Shown here piece after piece: positions 25,675 to 33,619 of a stretch of 44,292 nt of DNA. How positions within the stretch are numbered: the stretch's first letter is position 1; every line of letters starts with the position of its first letter. The position numbers and the translations under genes were made by a program. This DNA is from Blastocatellia bacterium (lineage in GTDB: Bacteria > Acidobacteriota > Blastocatellia > RBC074). The stretch covers positions 1 through 44,292 of the forward strand of contig JANPFS010000166.1 in NCBI GenBank assembly GCA_031423535.1, read 5' to 3'. The notes beneath the pieces were generated by a model. The model saw nothing but the letters and a program-made list of their open reading frames with translations, did no database searches and was not told where the DNA came from.

Positions 25675-26892
25675 TTATGAAGCTGCCGAAATTGTAATCT
25701 CAAAAGGAATTTTCTCGCTGAATGGAATCGGCGAGTTTTGACCTGAATATCCCAAGTGGGATGCAATCGGTGATAAAGCGTGCTGTGAAATCCAGTCAAT
25801 CACAGGGACGCAGACGGCATCTGCAAATCCAGTCATGGCTTCATTCCGTGACCTGCGAATGCTGAAGTCTGGTACGCCTTGCAGACGGGCATATTCTACC
25901 GGCGACATCCATCGCATCTTTATATTTCCGCCGTCTATAATCACAACAATTTGTTTTCCGCTACCGCCTTTGGCTGTTCGTAAGCAGCCTGCCAGCCCGT
26001 CAAATCTTATTTCCGACCTGGTTTGCCCCTCACGAATTCGCCGAAAGATCGTCCCTACCCATAATTGTTTTGTGGCAAGCATTTTTTCAACTCGCTGATG
26101 GTGCAATTCACTCATCCTATCAAAATGCTTCTTAACTTCAGCCTCTGACCACCAATCTTGATTCGCGCCAAGGTCAATTACCGACTCTAAGTTTCTTTGT
26201 TCTGATAGTGGTTCTGGCAGGTTTAATGCTATCCATCCAGTAGGAAGTTTGATGGTGTGAAATGCCTCAAAAAGGCGAGGCGTACAGGTTTTTTTTCTCG
26301 CGTTAATACGCTCGCCCCATAGTTGTTGGCGACCTTCAAGAATCGCACTGGGGGGAATTCCTTCTTTCAAAATCCCCAGGATGAAGAGACGAGGACGGCT
26401 TTGGGGGGTGAAATATTTTGCGTCAACAATAAATGAGTCGAGAAAATAACCGAGCCTTGAAACGGCTAGACAGGTTTCTTCAAAGTCTTTACCCTTGTTT
26501 CCAGTTAATAACCCCGGGACATTTTCCAGTATCACTATGGGAGGCATTTTATTCTCCAGGTTTAGCCTTCTTAAAACCTCAAGAAAGCCGAACAAGGTAG
26601 AAGAATGTTCGCCCTTCAAGCCTCTCATATGGCCTGCAAGGGACAAGTCAGTACAAGGAAATGATGCTGTAGCCAGTAAGGCGCGTTGTTTGATACGCTC
26701 TAAAATCCTGTTCGTTTGCCAAATGTCTTCGAGATGAAAGTAGGTGGCATCGGAGAATTCATCCAGGTACATAGCCTGTTTTTTCTCTGAGATGTCATTG
26801 GCATAAAGACATGACCACTCAGACAAACGAAGCCCGTGATGAACCAATCCGATTCCGGCAAAAAACTCCAAAAATGTTTTCTCAGTACCCAT
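25675..26892 (-). CDS. DNA (cytosine-5) methyltransferase
   Basis: C5-MTase motifs are present: I FLEFFAGIGL, IV SFPCTDLSLAG, VI ILENVPGL, VIII TPQSRPRLFILG. The C-terminal motif is GFADAVCVPV. Sampled lines count about 38-45% GC, against about 63% in the adjacent iscB. Confidence 0.9.
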   Translation of the reverse strand: MGTEKTFLEFFAGIGLVHHGLRLSEWSCLYANDISEKKQAMYLDEFSDATYFHLEDIWQTNRILERIKQRALLATASFPCTDLSLAGHMRGLKGEHSSTLFGFLEVLRRLNLENKMPPIVILENVPGLLTGNKGKDFEETCLAVSRLGYFLDSFIVDAKYFTPQSRPRLFILGILKEGIPPSAILEGRQQLWGERINARKKTCTPRLFEAFHTIKLPTGWIALNLPEPLSEQRNLESVIDLGANQDWWSEAEVKKHFDRMSELHHQRVEKMLATKQLWVGTIFRRIREGQTRSEIRFDGLAGCLRTAKGGSGKQIVVIIDGGNIKMRWMSPVEYARLQGVPDFSIRRSRNEAMTGFADAVCVPVIDWISQHALSPIASHLGYSGQNSPIPFSEKIPFEITISAAS

Positions 26893-26997
26893 TCACGGCC
26901 TTCTTGAGTTTTAAGAACTGTTTATCAAAAACCGCAAAAGAAAACTCTCTTCTTCAGGGGAGAGATGAATTTTGCGCGCACCTCCGGTGCGAAATTA

Positions 26998-28317
26998 TTA
27001 GTTCAGTAAAGAGCGGATGCCTTTTGCGTAGCGATAGAGTTGTAATTGCTTGGCAGGCGCATGAATCTTGCCTGCCAGTAAAACGGTCTTGCCGTAACTG
27101 TGCGTCCCAACGACGACCTGCTTTTGCCCCTTGAAGATTACGACATCGCCCGGTTGAATGGGGTAGCGCTGTTTGCGACGAGAGATTACGCCTTTGCGTG
27201 TTTTGTGTCCCCTGTATTGGCGCAAGTCCTCGCTATTGAGGTTGTGATTGCGGGTGTGTCGTCCACTGGAAAGTTTCTGCCCCGTCGCCGATTTTCCGGT
27301 TCGCGTGTCGAGATACTTCGCGTCCCTGAAGGTGGCGAGCGAGCGGTTGTTCCGTCGTCGCTGTTGGTAGTAGATGGTTGGCACGCGTGGCTGTCCAGCT
27401 TTCCCCGTGATCGCAAATGCGTCGTTCGCCTCCGTTCTGGGTAAGCCCAGCGTGAGGCGGTTTCGTTTGGTCTGAAAGCCAAACACTTCGGTCGCACCGG
27501 TAGCTGTTACCAGTTTGCGGCGTATCGTGGTCATGAAAGTTTCGGCGCGGAAACTCTTGACCGTTGGCTCCCACCCGAACAAGCAGCCGCCCGGTTGATG
27601 ATTGGCCGGTCGGTGACAGTCGGTGCAAAGCGTGACGAGATTGCCGGGGCGGTCGCTTCTGTCCTGCTTCCAGAAGCCCAGATGGTGAACATGTAGGATG
27701 AGCGGCAGCTTTTTGTTCTTACAATCAGGGTTTTGGCACTGGCCGCGATCCCGAAACAAAACGTACTCGCGCAGGTTCTCAAACGAAAACTGTTCGCCTT
27801 GTTGATACCCGACTCCATTGACGTCGGGGGACTTGAGTTGCTGAATATCAAACGAAGCTGTCTGAATGTTCTTGTGGGTGATCGGCAGAATCTTCTCGAC
27901 CTGCCCAATGATCCGCAAATGCGAATCGTGCTTGTGTTGCAGCGAAGGAGCCAGTTGTTCCGCCCGTTTGCCCGTCTCGGAATGACCGGGTTGGCGATAG
28001 CGGGTCTTGTTGCCGCGTCGGGTGGTCCGGTACATCTGGCGTGAAGTGATGCGCTCGCTCACATCAGGATCAAGTGCGACCTCGGCAGAGAAGACTTCGG
28101 CTTGTTCGGTTTGGGCCGAAAGGCCGATGCTCGTATAGCCGCTCTTGACGTTGAGCGTGATAGGTTGCGTATAAGACGTGGCCTCATACGTGAGTTGGAT
28201 GGTGAAAGGTTTGGTTTGCAGAACGCGCGCGCGCCCGGCTCGTAATTGATGGCGCACCCAGCCATGCCGTGTGGTCGGCATGAGAGGCGAGCCATCCTGG
28301 TTCAGGACATAAATCAT
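26998..28317 (-). CDS. iscB: IscB (OMEGA-family RNA-guided HNH/RuvC protein) with substituted RuvC catalytic positions
   Basis: The expected IscB segments are all present. PLMP domain: MIYVLNQDGSPLMPTTRHGWVRHQLRAGRARVLQTKPFTIQLTY. Arg-rich bridge: RRGNKTRYRQP...LAPSLQHK. HNH block: CQNPDC...LHVHHL...GNLVTLCTDCH. RuvC-III-like: LGLPRTEANDAFAI. C-terminal tail: IQPGDVVIFKGQKQVVVGTHSYGKTVLLAG. Confidence 0.85.
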   Translation of the reverse strand: MIYVLNQDGSPLMPTTRHGWVRHQLRAGRARVLQTKPFTIQLTYEATSYTQPITLNVKSGYTSIGLSAQTEQAEVFSAEVALDPDVSERITSRQMYRTTRRGNKTRYRQPGHSETGKRAEQLAPSLQHKHDSHLRIIGQVEKILPITHKNIQTASFDIQQLKSPDVNGVGYQQGEQFSFENLREYVLFRDRGQCQNPDCKNKKLPLILHVHHLGFWKQDRSDRPGNLVTLCTDCHRPANHQPGGCLFGWEPTVKSFRAETFMTTIRRKLVTATGATEVFGFQTKRNRLTLGLPRTEANDAFAITGKAGQPRVPTIYYQQRRRNNRSLATFRDAKYLDTRTGKSATGQKLSSGRHTRNHNLNSEDLRQYRGHKTRKGVISRRKQRYPIQPGDVVIFKGQKQVVVGTHSYGKTVLLAGKIHAPAKQLQLYRYAKGIRSLLN

Positions 28318-28619
28318 AAAAATACCGAGAAGACGAATCTTCTAAAGCAGGTTGAGTTGTCTCAACCAGTGGGTCCACTTCGCCCGGTTCGTTCTGCTTG
28401 TGATTGCCGTAGCCACTTCGCCTACCCAAAGCGATGTTTAGGATACGACCGAGCCAACGTCGCTGGTGGAGCACGACGTTACTCGATGACAGGAAGAACG
28501 TTGTTGTGGTCATAGCGGCCGGTGAGGCCTGCCACAAAGGCTAATCAAGTGGGCTTGATCTATACCAAGCCTCGTCCTTTAGGACGGGGTTCTTGACTTT
28601 AGTTTCGTGAACCTTGCCA
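28318..28619 (-). ncRNA. omega-RNA-like structured leader upstream of iscB
   Basis: 302-nt non-coding gap directly 5-prime of iscB, where IscB omega RNAs are encoded. At least six local hairpins: 28328-28343, 28351-28366, 28456-28480, 28504-28537, 28544-28559 and 28570-28589. Ends are not mapped. Confidence 0.6.
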
Positions 28620-28730
28620 AAGAGAAAGGCCGCTCACTTGAGCGGCCTTTCTTCTTGGTGGGATGCGGTAAAACTACCGGTCATACATGTCATCGTAATG
28701 ACTCGCTTGCGCGACTGCTGCGGCAATCTC
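28620..28730. repeat. diverged direct repeat, copy B (terminator plus the true 3-prime end of the 1253-aa gene)
   Basis: See copy A. Homology starts exactly at the outer edge of the omega-RNA-like region. Confidence 0.75.
28625..28650 (-). terminator. intrinsic terminator of the 1253-aa gene
   Basis: 11-bp stem AAAGGCCGCTC / GAGCGGCCTTT with a 4-nt loop. On the minus strand it is followed by CTCTTTGG. Lies 24 nt after the stop codon. Confidence 0.7.
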
Positions 28731-31700
28731 CATCCGTTCCGGTTCAGCCGCTGGCTCCCGCTCTTCGGCTTTGCTCTCTCGTTCTTCCGTGACCCCGCGT
28801 TCCTCTTTGGAATCATCCGAGAAACGATCCTCCCGTAAGGCCGGCTGATTGGTCAGGTTGTGATCCGTCACTTCAGCAATCTGCGCCGGTCGTTCCGTCT
28901 CCACTCGCTCCGTCGAACGCTCCTGACTGTGATCGCGTTCGGTGGCCTGACCGATCAGCGTATCCAGCTTTTCAAACCCGCCATAAAACTTCTCGCGCCC
29001 GACCAGCTCGGAGTGCTGGTATGCCTGCAACATCTCGCGTTCTTGCGGTGTCGCCTGCTGAAGTGCCTGCGCTTGGAATTCCCGATTGTCGGTGAGTCCG
29101 CGACTCTCAGCGACGGCACTCGTCCGGGCGGTATCTGCATGAGTGAATGCCTCACGCAGATATTCCTTACTGCCTTCGGGGAGTGCCATCTGATCCAGTT
29201 TGCCATTGAACTCGCGGCTGTCCACTTTTCCCGCAATGTGATCCTGAATCATCGGCACGAGCGCGTCTTTGTTGGCCGTGATCGCTTCCTTGTAGCCAGG
29301 CTCCTGCATCCCGTTCTTCCAGGTATTTGTCCATTCGGTGCGGGTGGCAATCGCTCCATTCGCTTGCCCACGCTCTTCCGCAACCCGCTCGACAATCTCG
29401 CTTTTGTGTCGGTTGAGCGCGTCCCGCGCATTCATCGCATCCTGCTGATATTCCTTCATTGTGTCTACTTGTCGGAACACTTGCTGTGCTGCCGGGTCTT
29501 TCTCCGCCAAGTTGTCGCCGCGCGCTTCTGCTGTATCTCGGCGTTGATGAATGGTGTCAGGCACGGTGGTTGGCCAGGTTTCCCGCGAGATTTCTCTGGC
29601 CAGGAATTCCTTGCCTTGGGCGTTGTCGCGAACGGTCACTTTCCCGTCTTCGATGATGCGAACCTGGGCGACATAATCAGCTTTGGGATCGGCTTTCGCA
29701 TCTGTGACGGATTGTGCGTATGTCTGGTAACTCTGACTCTTGACGGGCACTGCGCCATACAACCGCTCACCGGACTCTCGTCGCATGTGCAGGTCTTCGG
29801 TGATTTCTTTGGCGACAGCCTTGACGTACAACTGTTCGTGGTATGTGAGCGCAGGCTTGCCGTCCGCCTTGCTTAATGACTCTTCCAGCCGGACTCCTAA
29901 CGTTTGGTGATCGCGCGATTCATCCAGCCTTGCGACCGCTTCGCGCGCGTTCGGTGAGGCTTTATGGGGCGCTGCCAGCAACGCCTCGGCTCGCATCACG
30001 TTCACTTCCTTGTAGATAAAATCCTTCTCCGCTGGATTGAGCTTGACCACGTTCTCGCGCACTTGCCATGCGACTTCTGTCGGACTCAAGGGTTTGTTGA
30101 GATCTGTGACTGGATTCATAATTACCGAAAAACGGCTCAGCTTTCCAGTATCCGGCTCTCCATTGCGATCCCGATTTTCGTCCAGTGCGCTCATGATTTT
30201 CTGGACAGGTTCAGACCGTTCTGTTTTCCCTTCGAGCAGATTGTTGACCATCTCTCGCTTCGTCGCATGGGTCATCAGACCGCTGTGCAGCGCCTGTGTC
30301 ATCTCGGGCGTAAATTCGTGTGTATGCGGCCCTGGCAGACTCACTAACGCCCGTTGCTCGGTACTGAGTTTCTGATGCGCAGATTCTTCGCCGTCTCGCT
30401 GTTTTGCTGCCAGCTTCGTGTTGAAATCCAGGATTATTTTTGCGCTTTCTGCGACCCCTTCTGGTGTTTTCTGTTCGGTCATTCGCTCCAGCGCACGATG
30501 GAAGACGGGCGATTGATTGCTGTTTCGCACGTATAAATCTTCCCGCAACACCGTACTCGCGAATTTCTCGGTGAATTGTGGCAAGGTTTGATATTCCGCC
30601 TTGATGTCTGCTCGATCTGCACCATTCGCCTGCGCGCGATCAATGGCCTGCAGGTGATCGCCGTATTTGTGCCCATTCTCTTTCGCCAGAAATGCCTCCA
30701 GTCCCGGATTGTCCTTGATCCTGAGCGCGCGCTCGGCACCGATCTGATTGTAGTCCTGCACATAGCCTTCCACCTGGGATTGTCCGGCGCGAGAGGTCTC
30801 CCATTGGGTGTTGGGAGCCAGCAACAATTCCTTGTCCCGCGTGCTAATTTGCGGATTCATCATCACTCGTTCGGCAAACGCGAACTCTCGCTCGGCCCCA
30901 ATCGCACTCGTACCCATCTTGACGCGATCTGCGTACATTTCCCGAAACTGAGTATGTTCTCCTGCCGGCGCTGTGACTCGTTCAGCAAATTCTGCGGCTC
31001 GCTCTAAGTAGGTTGAAGATGCTCGTGTGTTTAGGTTCGGGCTGTCTGCCATCGCTCGCAATTGTCCGCTATCCAATCCCGCCGCGCGCGCTTCTGTTGC
31101 TACATTGCGATACTCGGCTTCGCCCATCGCTTTCAGGTGGTCGGTGAAATCTACGCCGCTTTTGCTTGTGAGGTAGGCTGAATGCTCTAACAATGTGGCC
31201 GCGCTCTTTGGCGCTAACGATGACCCCGCAATTTCTTGTCCTAATCGTTCAGAATCTGCCGGTGAGAGTTGCCCTTGCGCATACTGGTCATAGCGCTCGG
31301 AGAACTGCTGCCCTTGCTCCGACGCTAAAATGTTTTTTACTTCCACCTGTTGATCCAGATACCGTCCCGCAAACTGCTGCACGTTTCTGGCTGCGGCTGT
31401 TAGTTCGGCGACCGACATCCCCGCTTGCAATGCCTCCGTCATCCGTGGCATCGCAGTTCCAACCAAATACTTGTCGGTCAGAATCTGGTCGTTCCCCGGC
31501 AAGCTGGGCTGCTGATCCAATCCCCCAATCCGAATCGAACTGGTATTGAAGATCGCCCCGTCGCGCGCCAAATCTAAATCCTGTTCTTCATACCGCTCGT
31601 CGGCCATCTCTAACATCGTGTTGTCAACGATTTCAAATTCATCCAGATTACTGCTCGCACGTTCGGTCTCATTGGTAAAGATTTCTCGTTCCTCGCCCTC

Positions 31701-32435
31701 CACGAGATCACGGTCTTCGGCATCAATCCGCTCAAATTCCCGATCCACTTCGCCCGTCGCTTCCAAAATGTACTCGCTACTTCCACTCGCCCCGCCGCGC
31801 TCCATGAGGTCATCCTTCGAGAAATCAACCTCGCGTAACTGCTCAGCAATCGCACTCATCTTGTCCAGCGCTTCCCGCGTGGCCGTCATTCGCTCAGGAT
31901 CAGTTCGGAAGCCACCATTCTCCGTAAAATTGATGTCCTTCAGATAACTATCTGCAATTTCCAAGCGCGCTGTCGTATCCGCATTGCGTCCAGCCAACGT
32001 TTCGATGTGCTCGTGAAATTCACGCGCCATCTCACGCGTGGGAAGATGCTCAATCAAATAGGCAAACGTTGTCTTCTGTGGCTCACTCTGATCCGGCGAC
32101 GTCCGACTGAATTCCTCCGTCGGAATTACTGCGACCTCTCGACTCGCCGTTGCGCCATGTTCATACATCTGCGCCAGCGTCGTGTGACCGTCCGACCGCA
32201 ATTTGCTCGACCATTCGGCCCGATCGTACCCTTCCGGTGGATTGAACACCGTGTTAAGGTCGTCGCGGTTCATCAACCGCTGCTCATCCGTTGTTCCCAC
32301 TGGCCGCGCGGCAATCTCCACCATTACCGCTTTCCCATACGGACTCTTGTTCTCGTCCAGCAATTGCTGCACGGATTTCTCGTCGTAGGCGTTGGGGTCG
32401 GGAAGGATTAAAAAAGGATTGAATTCTTTGGCCAT
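28674..32435 (-). CDS. large acidic, probably helical protein of unknown function (1253 aa)
   Basis: Uninterrupted 3.76-kb ORF. Rich in E, D, A, R and Q. No nucleotide-binding, relaxase (HxH) or nuclease motif recognised by eye. Confidence 0.7.
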   Translation of the reverse strand: MAKEFNPFLILPDPNAYDEKSVQQLLDENKSPYGKAVMVEIAARPVGTTDEQRLMNRDDLNTVFNPPEGYDRAEWSSKLRSDGHTTLAQMYEHGATASREVAVIPTEEFSRTSPDQSEPQKTTFAYLIEHLPTREMAREFHEHIETLAGRNADTTARLEIADSYLKDINFTENGGFRTDPERMTATREALDKMSAIAEQLREVDFSKDDLMERGGASGSSEYILEATGEVDREFERIDAEDRDLVEGEEREIFTNETERASSNLDEFEIVDNTMLEMADERYEEQDLDLARDGAIFNTSSIRIGGLDQQPSLPGNDQILTDKYLVGTAMPRMTEALQAGMSVAELTAAARNVQQFAGRYLDQQVEVKNILASEQGQQFSERYDQYAQGQLSPADSERLGQEIAGSSLAPKSAATLLEHSAYLTSKSGVDFTDHLKAMGEAEYRNVATEARAAGLDSGQLRAMADSPNLNTRASSTYLERAAEFAERVTAPAGEHTQFREMYADRVKMGTSAIGAEREFAFAERVMMNPQISTRDKELLLAPNTQWETSRAGQSQVEGYVQDYNQIGAERALRIKDNPGLEAFLAKENGHKYGDHLQAIDRAQANGADRADIKAEYQTLPQFTEKFASTVLREDLYVRNSNQSPVFHRALERMTEQKTPEGVAESAKIILDFNTKLAAKQRDGEESAHQKLSTEQRALVSLPGPHTHEFTPEMTQALHSGLMTHATKREMVNNLLEGKTERSEPVQKIMSALDENRDRNGEPDTGKLSRFSVIMNPVTDLNKPLSPTEVAWQVRENVVKLNPAEKDFIYKEVNVMRAEALLAAPHKASPNAREAVARLDESRDHQTLGVRLEESLSKADGKPALTYHEQLYVKAVAKEITEDLHMRRESGERLYGAVPVKSQSYQTYAQSVTDAKADPKADYVAQVRIIEDGKVTVRDNAQGKEFLAREISRETWPTTVPDTIHQRRDTAEARGDNLAEKDPAAQQVFRQVDTMKEYQQDAMNARDALNRHKSEIVERVAEERGQANGAIATRTEWTNTWKNGMQEPGYKEAITANKDALVPMIQDHIAGKVDSREFNGKLDQMALPEGSKEYLREAFTHADTARTSAVAESRGLTDNREFQAQALQQATPQEREMLQAYQHSELVGREKFYGGFEKLDTLIGQATERDHSQERSTERVETERPAQIAEVTDHNLTNQPALREDRFSDDSKEERGVTEERESKAEEREPAAEPERMEIAAAVAQASHYDDMYDR

Positions 32436-32566
32436 ACATCATCATCTCCATTGAGTGGTTTCGTTCTGATCATTGGCTTCTAAAAAAGAAAATGACCTGC
32501 CGAAACAGTGGTTGCTGTCTCTTCAGGTCATTCTTTATCCATGCAACTGGCGTGCGCCAGATGAGA

Positions 32567-33475
32567 TTACTGGGAAGAATTTTCGATCATTGCGCTCACC
32601 TTGATGTGATCCTCGAAGTGGGCAAGATGATGCCTTTCATAGAAGGTGTCGGTTAGGATGCCAGTTCTGGCCGAGATAATTCCCTCCGACTGAGACCTGC
32701 CATCGCGTCCATTGCTCGTTGGAGGTGTTAGGATTTGTCGGAAAATTCCTTTCACTCCGCCGCTGGGCTTCGTTGCAGTCGCGGGAGTTTGTCCTACGCC
32801 TTTCCCGAAAAGCTGCAAATCGGTGGGGAAGGTCGATGTCAACGACGTTCTCTCCAGTCCCGAAGCCCAAAGTTGCGCACTGCGCAGATCGGCTAATGGG
32901 AAGCCGCTTTCCATTGCCAACTTTGTTGACCCTGCTGTGATCGTGAGATCAATCAGTTGTAACCCCTTGATTGACGGTGTATTGATCGCCGCAGCATACT
33001 CATTGCTTAGCGCCAGCCTTGTCAATTCTCGCAGAAAGTACCCGCCCATCCTGTCTTTGTTGTCCATCGGGCGCGCCAGAATCATTGTTACGACGAAGAC
33101 TCCTTGTCCCGTCAATCGCACGTAGGGCGTTTGTAGGTCGTCCAAAATCAGCAGGCTAATCTTGTTGATGAGATTGAGCTTCTGTAGCAATGGGGCGAGC
33201 GATTTCGCCGCTATTTCCTCGCGCTTCCTGTCGCGCGAAACGGCATTGAATAATTGTTGATGCAAAGCGGAGGCGTTGCGCTCCTGCTGCTCCGGCGAAA
33301 GTTCTGGCAATCTTTGCAGCATCTGTACCGCGCCGCGCGAATCAAACGCTCGTCCATTCTGGAATGCTTGATTCACCAGATCGTTTGGTTTTGTAGATGA
33401 TGTGAATTGTGCCTGGGCTGTCAGGCAGAACATGGCGATGGTCAAAATCGAAATGACGTAGTTGGTTTTCTTCAT
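32567..33475 (-). CDS. secreted hypothetical protein (302 aa)
   Basis: Signal peptide MKKTNYVISILTIAMFCLTAQAQ. ORF track. Confidence 0.6.
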   Translation of the reverse strand: MKKTNYVISILTIAMFCLTAQAQFTSSTKPNDLVNQAFQNGRAFDSRGAVQMLQRLPELSPEQQERNASALHQQLFNAVSRDRKREEIAAKSLAPLLQKLNLINKISLLILDDLQTPYVRLTGQGVFVVTMILARPMDNKDRMGGYFLRELTRLALSNEYAAAINTPSIKGLQLIDLTITAGSTKLAMESGFPLADLRSAQLWASGLERTSLTSTFPTDLQLFGKGVGQTPATATKPSGGVKGIFRQILTPPTSNGRDGRSQSEGIISARTGILTDTFYERHHLAHFEDHIKVSAMIENSSQ

Positions 33476-33619
33476 GTGACTCCTTTAGTGATGTGAAATC
33501 TTCTGCGTAGAAAAAAAGAGGGTGAGTGCTTTGATAATCAATTTTCGTGCCACATTTGTCAACTCTGGCATTCAACGTGCTTCAACTTGTGGCGTTGAAT
33601 TTTTATTGAAAGTTGATCT

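Larger units (their letters stand above)
25653..28619 (-). mobile_element. about 3-kb inserted module (omega-RNA-like leader, iscB, C5 methyltransferase) bracketed by repeats A and B; no TnpA
   Basis: Bounded by the diverged direct repeats 25535-25652 and 28620-28730. IscB belongs to IS200/IS605-derived OMEGA elements. No Y1 transposase ORF is present. Confidence 0.45.

Noticed and set aside
28860-29876. 338-aa plus-strand ORF, and other long plus-strand ORFs at 29964-32411, opposite the 1253-aa gene
   Set aside because: These are shadow ORFs antisense to a much longer uninterrupted ORF. Their low-complexity, Arg/Leu/Cys-rich translations are typical of antisense frames of an acidic gene.
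28674-32435. Calling the 1253-aa protein the relaxase
   Set aside because: The N-terminus shows no histidine triad or catalytic Tyr context typical of MOB families, and no helicase Walker motifs are visible. The protein is left as unknown.
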